This document shows, piece by piece, positions 50,499-63,600 of a stretch of DNA of 64,000 nucleotides. How positions within the stretch are numbered: position 1 is the first letter of the stretch; each line of letters starts with the position of its first letter. The translations under genes were made by a program, and so were the position numbers. Under the pieces are notes generated by a model that saw only the letters and a list, made by a program, of their open reading frames with translations, searched no databases and was not told the DNA's origin. Where the stretch lies: the NCBI GenBank assembly GCA_001724265.1, contig MEDY01000042.1:1-64000 (forward strand). The letters are read 5' to 3'. The DNA comes from Rhizaria sp. SCN 62-66 (Eukaryota).

Positions 50499-52293
50499 TT
50501 ACTGCGAGATCTTGGCGAAGAAGGGGCTAGACTGGAGGTGCTTCCAGAGCACAGAGAAGATGAGACCCTGGGTGCCGTTGGCGAGCAGACGCGTCGACAG
50601 GCCGCGGCCGAAGAGGCCCTTGAGGCCGTCGGAGGCGATGATGTTCTTCACAGCCTGCGGGTACGACACCATCTCGGTGCTGGTCTGGCGGTACGTCTTG
50701 ACGACGCGGACCGAGTTCGACACGGTGTCGGACACGACGGAGGAGCAGAAACCGACGAGCGCGTTACGAGCAAGCTTGTGGAGAGTCTCCTCGGGCACCG
50801 GGAGACGGTGGTCGAGGTAGTTGAAGGTGGCGAACCAGGGGTAGTGGCCGACGAGGGTGGCGAGCCACGTCGCCATCGCTCCGTGGAACAGCACAGAAGG
50901 ACCGTGAGCACGGAACTTCTTCTGAAGAGCGGACATGGCGTTGGCGCCCTCGACCTGGTAGATGGTCTTGACGGTGTCGATGGGCATCAGCAAGATGCGG
51001 AACGCGGCGGCGGTACCGGACGCCGCGAGCGTCTTGACCGCGACGGGCAGATCCGCTGTGCCCGGCTGCGAGTTGAGCAGAGCGAGAACACCGGCATTGG
51101 CGGCAGTGTCACCGAAGCGCGACAGCGGGCCCTGCAGCAGCGCGGGCACGAGACCCTTGTAGAAGCGGCGGATACCGCCCTGCGCCCAGAGCGTCTTGAC
51201 GGCCTCCTTCATGCTGGTGCCGTAGCGGTACTGGTAGTTCATCGTCGTGCGAAGCGACATGAGGAGAAACACCTGCATCGCCATGGCCGTGGCGCCGGCG
51301 AGACCGCCACCGAGAGCGCGCTTGGCGGCCTTGTGCATCGCAGTCTTGAAGTCGGCGTCCGAGGCCTTCTTGGCGGCGTTGGCGTTGGCGCTCGAGACGG
51401 CAGCGGCCGCGGCGGCGCCGGAGATGGTGGCGGCAGCGACGCCCGCAGCCGCGGCGGAGTCGGAGGCGGCGGCGGGAAGCGCGGAGGACGCGGTGGGCTC
51501 GGCCGTGGAGACGTGGGGCGCGCGGGCAGAGGCAGAGAGGGAAGGGTTCGAGGCCAGGAGCTGGTTGATCTGGTCCTGGAGCTCGGCAGCACGGACGAAG
51601 TCCTAAGAAGAACGCAATAGTCAACAAAAGTGAGATGATGAGAATTTAGAAGCGAGACGAATCACACAAGAACAAATTCAGCAGATATCAACACAGCTCA
51701 AGTGACGACAACATCGAAGAGTGTCAACTTGTCAAAATAAATTTCGTTGCGCTGTGTAAACATACCTGGCGGGCGACGGCCTCCTTGATCTGGCTGTTAA
51801 GCTCCTGAAGCTGCACAGAGGCGTCACGGGCGTTGGCAATCTGCTGCTGGAGCGAGTGCGCAAGACGGAAGTCGCGGCGGTAGACGGCCTCCTTGAGCTG
51901 GGTCTGGAGACTCTGCATCGCCTCGGAGCTCTTGGAGTGCAGGAACTGGGGGTCGTACTGCTCGGCGTCGAGCTCGAACGCGAACGAGCCGTAGTTGAGC
52001 GAGTTGTCGTTATCATAAGGGGAGATCAGAGTCTCAAACTCGGCCTTAGAAAAGCGCTTGAAGCCGCCGTCAGCGTAACGGATCTTGACGGACTCGTCGC
52101 CACGGATGTCAACGACCTTGGCGAGGAAGTTGCGGCCGCCCCACCAGGAGCCGGTGCCCTTGACGAGCACGTTCTCGCCGACGCTGTACGGCACCTTGGA
52201 GGGCACAGGGGCAGCAACGGGGGCAGGCGCAGGGGCGGGCGCAGGAGAGGCAGCCACGATGGGCGTGGTGGGTTCCTTCGACTCAGTCGACAT
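50499..52293 (-). CDS. Mitochondrial carrier family (SLC25) protein with N-terminal Tudor/Agenet-like domain and two UVR (UvrB/C) motifs, 543 aa
   Basis: Exon 1 52293..51766, intron 51765..51603 (GTATGT...CTTAG, phase 0), exon 2 51602..50499, in frame with ORF 50499..51338. Three carrier repeats (MSLRTTMNYQ, MPIDTVKTIYQ, NSVRVVKTYRQ; GGIRRFYKGL, DGLKGLFGRG). Ends TAA. Confidence 0.88.
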
Positions 52294-53796
52294 AGGTACT
52301 CTGTGTGTGCAAGAGAAAGACCGGAATGCAACATCGTGGTGGGAAGGAAATAGGAATTAGAGAGATACAGATACACGTATGCGAATTATAGTCAAAAGGA
52401 AACTGAACTATATCAAGTCTAGATCATGCGCAAATTAACATATTCCTGAAACAGGCATGTCAATGTGGTGAAACTACCACATCAAAGTTTGTCCGGAGCT
52501 TCGCTTTAGTTTAAGCAGGAGCGCAATACGAACGAGGCCATTGTGCAGTATAGATCACACCATAAGACGTAGAATTAAGTTCTCTATATATTATAGAACT
52601 TTGAAAATCTATAATACTCGATTATTATCTACTGTACGCTGCATTGACATGACGAAGTTGGTTTTCCCAAGTTGCGACGGAGGACCGACCCCACCAGATT
52701 TTGTGGCTTGTGGTACAGCAGACGTAACGATGGGCGACGACGCGCTTCACGAAAACATCATTCTATGCGCTTCAAACCGCACACACATATTATCTTTGTA
52801 GCGGTGATGCGAAATTAATTGCGGTGACTTCAAATGCGCCCTCACACCACCAGGACAGCAAGCATGCCGTTTCAGTGCATGCTCATTCGAGAAGAAGCGG
52901 GAGAGTAAGAAAAACTGTATTAGCATCTCAAGGCGATATGGCATTTTTCGTTAAGCTTAACGACTCTCCTTAGGTGGCTTGCGGCAACGTCACCCGGCCG
53001 GATCTGTCGGCCTGAGTCACAGAGACTGGCTTGAGGTGTAATATGTATGATTGAAGACAAGACAAATTTGGTATACACAATGGGCTTGACCCGACTACGC
53101 AGGTATTTGTCTTTCCTCGCAGTATGCATATTTACGTGTATTATATGTCGTTTCATCTATTGAAGCACCATCAAGATACTGTCTGAGACGCCTTCTGAGC
53201 TCTGCAGACAAGCTGTATAATGCGATACGACATTGATACCAACTAAGAAAAACACAAACTACACTTGCGCTACAATAACGAATAGTATGTCCCATGTATG
53301 CTCTCTAATCTACTTTGATTCAGCCTAAACGAGCCACAGACATGCATTCAATCGTTGTTACCTCGACTCTTTGTGTTTCGATTACAGATATTAAATCGCA
53401 TCGTAAGAACGCGAAATTTTCAGCCAATACCGAAAACGTCAAATATACCAAATAAACACCACCATTATGCCTCTAAGCAAATGGTATAACGATTTGTATT
53501 CGTGTTTCTCTTCCTGCGAGTGAGACAAGTCTCACACGCAGGTCAGAGCCTCGACTGGTGAAACGGCAAATCGTATATTTGAAACCAAGAATTCACGTGA
53601 CCCCATCGTGGCAAGGAGCTCACGCCTGTTTTTTGCATGCTTTTATGAGTTTTGTTTTTGTACACTTAATTAAATCTTTGGAAATATTCATATGCATCTT
53701 GCACATGCACTTTTGTCTTCCTCCTGTAGAAAGTCTCTCCTCTTCGGTTACTTTCCCGTCTCGTCCAGCGCCGTTTCCTGCTCTGCACCTGAGACC

Positions 53797-56700
53797 ATGC
53801 GCCGTGCCGGTCGCGTCAATGACAACACCGCCCAGCGCGTGTTTGGCATCGAGCCCGCCACACCGCTGGGCCCTGCGCCCCCGCCCATGTACGGCGGCGC
53901 CCCCACTGGCCCCATGCAATCCCAAGCCTCCTACGCCGCAGTTAGCAACAACAACAACAACAACAACATTTTCTCCCCAAACCCGAATGCCGTTGTGTCC
54001 GCCGACGGCCCCACTGTTGCGTCCTACGACGCCGCGTACGCGCACTCCGAGGCGGACACCGTGCCGTACGGTCAGGTCGCCGCTTCCCCCGCAATGCCAA
54101 CGGCAGCTCGTTATGCGCCACAGCCGCCACAGAGCGCTGCCCCCAGCGTGCTCCCGCCCATCACCGCGCGCCACCAATACAATGCAGGCTACAACGTCAA
54201 TATCAACACGAACAACAATAACAACGGTTCTGCGACGCCGTTGCCGCTCTCAGTTCAGGCATACGCTGCGCCTCTGTCGGCCGCGACTCCCATCGCGCCC
54301 GCCGCTGCCGTCCCCGGCGTGTCCCCTGACGCCGCCGCGCTGGCCGCGCTGGCACGCGTGCAACACGATTCTCTTGCGCGCGAGATGGGTTTTCTGGCCA
54401 AAGAGCAAGGTTTCCTCGCCAAAGAGCAGGATCTCACCCGCGAGCGCGACTTCGAGCGGCAGCGCGCCGAGGCCGCCACGCGTGAACACGCGCGGCAGAT
54501 GGAGCTCGAGCGCATGCGCGCCGACGCCGCGGCCGTGGAGCGCGCTCGCGAGCGCGAACGCGACTCGACCGCGATGGCAATGAACCGGCAGCGCGACGCC
54601 GCGTTGTCACGGGAACTCGAGACCACGCGTGCCGCGATCGCCGAGCTGCGCGCCGCGGTCCGCAGTGAAGGCGATCACCGGCGCGCCGCGGAGGCGCAGT
54701 TGGCAGCGCTCACCGCGGCGTTGATCGCGCAGCAGGAGGCCGCGGCGACGGCGCGCGCGCAGAGTGACGCCGCGATGGCGGCCGTCGCCGCGCGGTTGCG
54801 GGAGCTGGAGAGCTCCGTGCAGGTCGATGCGCGTGTGCAGCAAGAGGCTGCGCGCGCCAGGGAGGCCGCGCAGAGGGCGGAGCAGGAGGCTGTGCGCAGG
54901 TGGGTCGGGGAAGTCCAGGCGCAGGCCGAGGCCAAGAGCTCCGCCGCTGCTGACGAAGCACGGTACGCATAGTAAAACTTGAAGCTTTGCAAGTGACTAG
55001 AAGCAACATATTTGTTTGTTTTAGAGAACACTTTGATGCTACCTTTTTCACAATACTACATGCAATTAAAGTACCTAACGCTATTCAAAACTGTGTCCAT
55101 GTATATTTATTCTCACTTCTGTGTTTTCTCTAATGTGTATCTCTTTGCTTGCTCCTTTTCAGGGCTGCTGCTCGTGAGACAGCCCGCGCGCGCGCCGAGC
55201 TCGCCGGTCTGCACGAGACTGTGACTGGCGTCGCCGCCGCTGCTGCTCAGGGAGCTACCGCGACGACCCGCGGCACCGCGATTGACGAGCGCGACCTGAA
55301 GCAGCTCGCCGGCAAAGTCCGCACTCTTGAGGACGCGGCTAAACATATGGCGCTGTACCAAGCCGCGCAACAGGCCGTGACGCCCGAAAACGAGTGGATC
55401 CGGACGTTCCTGGCCGAATCGCAGCAGCAGCAACAGCGCGCCGCCGACGCCCGCGCCGAGGAGCACCGCCAGGCTCTGTCGCGTGTCGAAGCCGCCCAGC
55501 GCGCCAGCGAAAACGCACTGCGCCACGAGGTCTCGGCCGTTGCAGACCGGGCCTCGGCGCAGACGCGCGCGCTGGGAGAGCGCGTCGACGCGTCGGGCGC
55601 GCAGCTGCGCCAGGTGCTGACGCAGGCGCACGCGGAGCTGGGCCGCACGGTCGCGGACGCCGTCGCCTCGGTGCGTGCGGAGACCGACGCGGTGCGACAC
55701 ATGGCGACTGAGTCGGTCGCCGCGCTGCAAGAGGGTCAGCGCGCCGCCAACGCCGCGGCTGTGGAGGCGCACGGCCGGCTTGTGGCACGGCTGGGCGCCG
55801 TGGCGACGCGCGCGGCGGCTGCGGAGGGCCGCGGGCGCGAGCTGGAGACGGTGTTGCGCGCGGAGATCGAGAATCGGCTCGCGATGGCGCGCAAGACACA
55901 ACAGTGGAACGCGCAGGCGCACGCCAAGGCGGCGGAGCAGCACCATTTGCTTACGGCGCGGACTGCGGCGGCGGAGGAGCGCGCCGCTGAGGCGGAGATT
56001 GCGACGTGTATGGAGAATATGCTCGCGCTGGTAGCTGAGGCTGACGATGACCGGGACAAGGGACACCTGCTCGACCACCTTCAGGTACGATTCTTTATCA
56101 ACAAAGATTTCACAAACCATGATTTGACTCAATTATCAAATTCAATCTTGACTTATTATTATAAACTTGTTTTTATTTGTTGTCATTGCATCACTAGCGC
56201 CACGACTACTCGATTGCGCACGTGCAGAACGCGGCCGCGACCGCCGCCAATGAGGCGCGCGAGCTCTCGCGCTCCGTGGCCGCCGAGTGGGCTGCTCGCG
56301 ACGCGCGCGCTCTGGCCGAGGCCGCTGAGGCGCGCGCCGTCGCTGAGGCCGCACAGTCGCAGCGCGAAGTGACGCTCACGATGGAAGCGATGCTGACCGC
56401 GCTTGATTTAGCCGAGCAAGACGCACACTTGGCGCAGGCGACGGCGACGCTTATGGAGCACGTCAACGCGTCGGTGCAAGACGCCGTGGAGTTTGCGGAG
56501 ACCGTGGCGCGCAAGGAGGCCCGTCGCGCGGAGGACGCCGTGCGCGGCGCGATGAGCGAGGTTGAGCGCAAGTTTAATCAGGTGCTGAGTGACCGCGAGC
56601 GGGAGGCCGCGGTGAGGGCCACGATGGACGCGATGCTCGACAAGGTCGAGGACCAAATGGTACGAAACAACAACAAGAAGCAACATTATTATGCAGTATT

Positions 56701-57449
56701 ATCCTTTATGCATTTGTAATTTGTCCTGGTCACTCACATTTTACTACTTTGTCATTGACTTTGTTTCGATTTTGTTGTTGTTTCAGGACGGCAACATGGA
56801 CGCCGTGCTTGCGCGTCTGACCGCAGCCGAGGCGCTCGTGGCCGCTGACGCCGCCGCCACGGCCGCGCGCGTGGCCGCCGTCGAGTCCCGCGTTGCCGCA
56901 CAGGGCGCGCAGTCACAACAGGCCACGGAGAAGCTCTCCAAGGCCGTGGACGAGCTGACGGCGCAGTTGACTGGCGATGAGGCCGATGCCGCGCGCACAG
57001 CGCAAGCGCTGGTGCAGGAGCAGCTTGCGATCGAGCTCGATGAGGTGCAGGGCCGCGTTATTGCGCTTGAGGAGAAGAGCGGAGGCGCGAACAGCAAGAA
57101 CAATGCCAACGACGAGGAGGAGGAGGATGCCGTTTCTAAACCTGCTTCTACCCCTGCTGTTGCTCCTGCTGTAGCCGCTGACAAGAAAGCGGGTGCGAAG
57201 GCTGCTACGCCTCAGCACGGTGAGAGCGAGGCCAAGGGCGGCGACGACGGCAACCACGGTGATAAGAATGACCACAGTGACGCTCCGACTGCTCCGGCGT
57301 CCCCCAGTGCTAAACCTACTGACAAGCAGACTGACAAGCAGCCCTCTGCCGCCGCGAGCCCCAACAATGCGAGTGACAAGTCTGCCGGTGACAACGAGGT
57401 CAAGAACAGGGCGAGCGACACCGGTGCTGTCGCCGCTCACGGTCACTAA
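53797..57449 (+). CDS. Coiled-coil protein of unknown function, ~1,070 aa, 4 exons
   Basis: Exons 53797..54962, 55163..56084, 56198..56659, 56787..57449. AT-rich introns with GTACGC/GTACGA donors and YAG acceptors, phases compatible. E/A/R/Q-rich helical sequence. Ends TAA. Confidence 0.8.
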
Positions 57450-57847
57450 GCGCTATCTTCGTCCAGCTTCAGTCACAGTCACAGCGTGTCGCACTCAAAG
57501 CTACCTTAATGCGCGCGCACAGTAACTGAGTCCACCAGTGACATTTAACAACACTTTTTTTCTGTTTTGATTTCGACTACGTATCATGATCTACTTTTAT
57601 TTTGTCATAATGTGTTTTTGTATTTGTTAACTTGTTAACAAGAGGTATCTTTTCTTGTTTCTGATTCGTCGGTATTCTTCGCTATTGTCTCGCGTATCGC
57701 CACTGTGTGTATTGAAGCTATCATCGACTTTTCACATAGTGTCACACGCACCCGGTTTATCGTGTTTTTAATAACTATCGTTACATACATCACTTTACCT
57801 TAAGCCACTTCAACATCCATCGTAACCGGTAGCCATGCTTATATTGT

Positions 57848-59721
57848 TTACTTGTTGGCGTTTGTGTTGCTGTTTGCAGCGCCGATCGCTGGGAACACGA
57901 CCGCATTGAACTTACTCCCGGTAAATGCCGCCATCGGCATTGCGCTTAACGGCTGCTGCTGTTGCTGTTGCTGTTGCTGTGGCGGCGCCAGAGACGGGCG
58001 CTGCTGTGAACCGCCGGCGTCCTGCTCAGCCTTCGCACTCGCACTCGCGGCTGCGGGGCCAGCGCCAGGGCCGGTGCCGGCGATGCCAGCGCTAAGGCGG
58101 GGGTCGGTCACACCCCCAGCGTTGTTGCCGGTGCTGGCGCTGGTGCCGCTGCCATAGAGGCCGCCGCGGCCCGGCCCAGTTTGTTGTTGTTGCTGCTGCT
58201 GCTGCTGCTGCTTCTGAGGCTGAGGCTGAAGCTGGGGCGCAAACGGGCGGGCTGCGGACAGTCCCGCAGTTGCAGTCCCAGCAGCGTTAGGAACCGCACT
58301 TGCAGCCGCGCCAGCGAAGCTTGCACTGTGACTAGCGCCGCCAAACTGCTGCTGCTGCTGCTGCGGTGGGAAGAACATGTGCTGCTTTTGCTGTGGCTGC
58401 GGCTGCTGCGACTGACACTGAGCGTGGCCGCGCGCCCCGTGCATCTGCTGCTGCATCTGGTGTTGTTGCTGTTGCTGCTGCATATTCGGGTACGCGTGGT
58501 GCGACCCCACGAGTGACCCATGTGTTCCCTGCGCATTCGGCGGCGGTCCGTACCCCTGCACCATGGTCGACTTGAGCGCGAGCTCTGTGACCAGCGCAGC
58601 CAGCTCCCTCTCTCGCTGCGCGTTCTCCTCGAGAACATGTGCGAGCTCTGCGGATAGACCGGAGCGCAGGGCGCGCATGTCGCCCAGCACGGCCTTGGAC
58701 AGCGTGTCGGTGAGCAGACCGGCAAGCGCGGAGCCGATCACTTCGCTGTCGCCGGCGACGCTGTCCAGCACGGCGTGAAAGCGTGCGCAGACGTCGTCAT
58801 CGCTGTCGCCAGTATGCGGAGCGTGATTGCTGCTGTTCGCGTTGAGGTTAAGGTTGGTGTTGACGTTAGCGTTGGTATTGTTGCTAGCAGAGTCGCCGGG
58901 CAGTGATGCGATGATGATGTTGCTGCCGGCAGAGTGCGAGTGCGCACGCGCAGAGAGGGGCTTGACGCCGGGACCGTCGAACGCAGATTGAGACTGAGGC
59001 TGAGGTTGCGGTTGCCCAGTGACAGCGGACTGCTTGGCGTTGTCCGAGACCGGCTTGATCATCGTTGCAGCAGGGACGGTGGGCTTAGAGAAAAGTGCAG
59101 CCGCGCCAGAGCCACTGTTGCTAGTGATGCTGTTATTGTTGGTGTTGTTGTTGTTTTTGTTGCTGTTGCTGGAGAGGCCAGAGCGGGCGAAGAGCGACGA
59201 CGAGGGCGCAGGCACACTCACAGCAAGGGGCGCCGCGACACTCTCAGCCGTTGAGCTTCCCGCCGAGTCTGCGGCGGCGTCAACAGCGACTGCGGTGGGG
59301 ACACGTGCTTCGTTGAGCGCGGTTGCGGTGTTCTCATGCTCGTGGTCGAGGTCAGCAGCACCAGCAGTGGCGGCAGCGGCAGCGGCTGCGGCGGCGGCGG
59401 CGGCACTTGCGCTAGATTCGGGCTTGAGAGAGCGCGATGAGGCGCGTTCCTTGGACGCCGTTCGGTGATCAGAGCTGTTTGAGGCGGCGGCGCTGAGGAA
59501 AGCGAAGAGGTGCAAATAGAGAAAAATGTGAGGGTGACGGTGGGTTGGCGTTGTAGGTGACTAACTTCTGAAATGGCGCGAGTGTAGACGTACCGCTTGA
59601 GGGAATCACCACGGGACTTGTCAGATGAGCCGCGAATCGAGGTGGAAGACGGCTGCTGAGCCGTAGAGTCGTCGTTAGCGGCGCGCTGGCGCTGTTGCTG
59701 CGCACCTCCGAGAGACGACAT
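57848..59721 (-). CDS. Gln/Asn/Ala-rich protein with a short central coiled coil, ~590 aa
   Basis: Exon 1 59721..59594, intron 59593..59493 (GTACGT...CTCAG, phase 2), exon 2 59492..57848. Ends TAA. Confidence 0.72.
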
Positions 59722-60646
59722 GGCGCTATTGTTGAGGTTGGACAAAGTGGGTTGGTGTGAGATGATGTCGTCGTCAAGTTGTCACGACAAATTTAATTCT
59801 GAAAAAATAATGCTGACGTTTCTAAAATATATTGCCAACGTGTTTTGTCATTGGGCATGCAACCCTGTAATTAGATTGAAACCGATCCAGGCTGCGTGCT
59901 GTTAACTTGAAAAAAAATTGGCTACTGTTGGCCTCCTACGGCGGAGACCGTTATTGAGAGGTCTTCCGTATTTTCATGCATACAAGACGCAATATAGCCA
60001 AATTTAAATTCAACAAGCCCAGCATGACCCTTGGAACAAACGTATTCATGTCTAGACTCAAGACATTCTTAACATCAGTTGATGGGACTCTCCAAGGACA
60101 CTTAAGCGAATATACGTTCATATGTGGTGCACTTACGTCAGCTCGATGCGAATACGCATGCAGCTACCTGTATTAGCTTCTGCTGTGGTTGATTTTCTTG
60201 ATAGTGTGTCATATCTCTAAATTTTCGAAGGCTGGAATCGCAACTTGAAGTGGTAGCCCGCTCATTTTAAGTTAAATAGAACACGTTTTTCAACTTCCGA
60301 AGATATTCACAGGGCACTCTTTATGCCTTGTAGTCTACAAGGCTGATGATGCTGCAATATTTATATGGGTGACGTTCAGTGTGACACTCTAGTGTTTGAT
60401 GACTCATCGAACCACAAACCGTTTTCCCCCCGTGGCCCAGTCTGGTTCTGTCGAACGATGGGACTGACTCTCAATGCCATCACGAAATCAGACCTATTTC
60501 CTTCTTCAGCGCCTTCGTGCTTTTAAATGTTTGACGATGTTTACGTAATGTCATCAATTAATCTGCTGTAGAATTCAATTATATGCATTGAAACTAACTT
60601 TATGACTCGCTGTCTCTCTTTTCTAATCTGATCTTTGCTTCAGACC

Positions 60647-63600
60647 ATGCTTCCGGCGCCCTCCCCTGACGATGGCCGGCAAGCCTTCATGCAAACCGAC
60701 TCTGGTTCTGCCCGTGCTCGATTCGAGGAGTCCAAGTACGTATCTTTGTTATACTTGCGAGTTGCTAGCATGAACGTTTGTTGCAGTCCTGTACATCCAC
60801 TCTCATTTCCATCATCTCCCTCTTCACTTCGCGCCCTCTTCGTTTCCCCACAGTGCTGCGCTCGTCGCTTCCCAGAACCTCGCTCGCAAGCGCATATACC
60901 CAGGCCGCAACATGTCAGAGAGCGTTTGGAGCACGCTCTGCTGGGACGCCGACCTGAACCAGACTTCGCCGCATGAGGCCGCTGCCCCCGCCCCGCCGGT
61001 TCACACGCATAGCCACATCACCGGCCACGAGTACACCCACTTCTTCCAGGCGTCCGGCGCCGTCCTCGCGCCCTCCGTCCCTTCCGCTCCCGCCGATCTC
61101 ACTGCCGCACAGCAGGGTGACTGCGGCGGCGCGTTGGGACAGGTTGAAGCGTTGCGTGCGCGGCTGCGGGAGACACTCGTCACCACAGCTGCTGCGTCGT
61201 ACACTGCTCCGCCCGCAGCTGCGTACCGTGACGCCGCTGTTGCGGCGACCGCAGCTTACGCTCACTCGGTGCAGCAGCACCAGCACCAGTACCAGCACCA
61301 GTATCAGACGCAATACCAACCGCAAATGTACGAACAACAACAGCAACAACAGCACCAGCACCAGCAGCAACAGTTTTCCACGGCTGCTTGTTGCGGCCTC
61401 TCACACAGCGCGCAGCCCCAACCTCAGCCTCAGCCTCCGTTTCAGTCACAGCAGCCACAACCGCAGTTTGTGACTCAGACCGTGTACCTGCCGCCGACTG
61501 CGCACAGTACTGATGCCAAGAGCACCGCGAAGATGGTGCAGAAAGCTCGTCCCAACTCGTTCGTCTTCACAGCCACCGTCCCCGTTCCTTCTCCCAGCAG
61601 CGCTGAGAGCAGGAGTACTGCGAGTGCGAGCGTTGCCAGTGGGTCATGCGATAGCTCTCCGTGCTCACATTCGCCCGTCGCCATCCCCGTCGCCCCAGTC
61701 GCTGTTTCCGCGCCCTCCGCTCTCCCTTCTCAGTCACCCGCAGCTGCCACAGCCGCTGCAACAACGAGCAGCAGCCGGGGTAACGCAGTGACTGTGAGCC
61801 ACGCTTTGCACACGGCGCGCGAGACTGCGACCGCGTTTGAGTCCGCCCAGTCGGGCTACGTCTCCAGCGGGAACACCGTCGACGCTGCTGGCTACGCCGC
61901 TCAGGGTCAGTCTGGTGCTGCTGGTCAGAGTAGCTTTGTGCCGGCTGAGAGCCTGGAACGCCGCGCCAAGTGCCGCGCTCAGCTCGATGAGGACCGACTG
62001 GAGCGCGATCCTCAGTTACATGCACGCGCTGCTGCTGCCACCGCGCGCGCCACTGCCACCGCTGCCTCTCAGACCGAGTCGTCGTCTTTTAAGAGTAGCA
62101 GCAGCCTAGCGAACGCTGCTGCGAGCAAGGACGGTGGTGTCGTCGGAGCGACTCTTGCGCGCGCTTTCACGCCCGGACAGCTGACTGCGCTGGAGCGCGC
62201 GGACCCGCTGCTGCAGAGCCGCGTGGAAGAGCTGCTCTCGCTGCGGGCCGATGCGCTGACGAGCAAGGACATCCGCGAGAACCAGACTCTGCTCGACCAG
62301 GTACTTTTCACTTCTCATTTGAAACGACTAGTACAATAAGTTACCCCTTGTTTAAAATTAATGTTGTGACATGAGCTACAAAATTACATACTCTAACTTT
62401 GCTTATGTTGATTTTTCTTGAATGTTCATTTTTTGTTTTGCTAATATTTTAGCGTGCAGTTCTGCGCAGGCGGAAGCTCCTTGCGGTGGCCAAGCTCCGG
62501 TCCCTTCGCGAGCGCCGCGCTGCCGAGGCCGTTCTTGCCCATGCCATCTCGCACCCTGTCTGCCACACGCGCCACGCAGTCCCTGGCGCCAGTGCCGACG
62601 GCGATGCCGCTCTGGCGCTGTCCAACGGCGGCGGCGTCGTCTCAGCAGCGTCACACCGTCTTTTCGAGTCCACCCGCCTCCGCTCGGACACAACCGCGGC
62701 GACTCTGTTCCAGAAGCCTCCGTTCCACAACTTTGGCGCCGGCAACATCTCGCAGCCTGCCGTACTGCCGCGCCCGCGCACTGCCGCCGCCGCGGGAGCC
62801 TGCGCCGCCGCGTCCCGCTCCGTCTCCGGCGGCGTCTGCGCCTATGAGGGCGACTGCGGTCGGTCGAGCTGCGGCTTCCTGCGCGCTCCCACCGTGCCCG
62901 GCCGCTCGCAGTCGGCGCGTGCGCTGCGGCAGGTGCAGGGCAGCGGCGACAACTATCTCGTCTCCCACAACGCTTACGCTGACGGCGCGTCTGCTGCCGC
63001 GATCGCGGCCGCAGCGTCCCAGGGCGGCAGCAGCGGCGGTGGCATCCACAGCAGCGTCACGGGCGCCGGCGCCGTCGTCACCGGCGGGCCCAAGAAGGCG
63101 ACGATGGCGGGCACGCGCCAAGTGTACCAGTCGGTGCGCCGCGCAGTGCGCAACCGCGTCGCCGCTGCTGCGAGTGATGAGCGGTACATCGCGCTCATGG
63201 TCGAGCCGCGGATGCGTCAGACGGTGGCTGCGGAGAAGCTGAGGCAGGGCGCTGAGCGGGCCAAGAAGGATGGGGAGATCGCGGGGTACGTGCCCGAGAG
63301 CTACTACATTGGCAGCAACTTTAGCCACGACAAGAATAACGATGGGAAGGCTGGGACGAGTGTGAGCGGGCTCACGGTCACTGATGGCTCCGGCAACACC
63401 TACAGCAGTCATTGCCTCGACGCAGGCACCGCGAATAGCGGCGCTAACTCCAGTGGCTTTGTCGGCGGCTCTAGCGGCAGCACTGCCGTGTTCGTCCCTT
63501 TATCGCCGTCGCACACTGTCGCCGCCGCGGGCAACCCTGCTGTGCGCAAGCCTCCGCGCGCGGCCAGGCCCGCCTCTGCACAGCCGCTGCGCGTGCCGCG

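Noticed and set aside
52948-52963. Perfect 16-bp palindrome TCGTTAAGCTTAACGA in a divergent intergenic region
   Set aside because: About one is expected by chance in 64 kb (64000/4^8); no other support.
54970-54972. TAG ending ORF 53692..54972 as a terminal or read-through codon
   Set aside because: It lies inside the predicted intron 54963..55162, so it is uninformative.
60426-60490. tRNA A-box-like GTGGCCCAGTCTGGT
   Set aside because: No B-box (GTTCGA) or cloverleaf follows.
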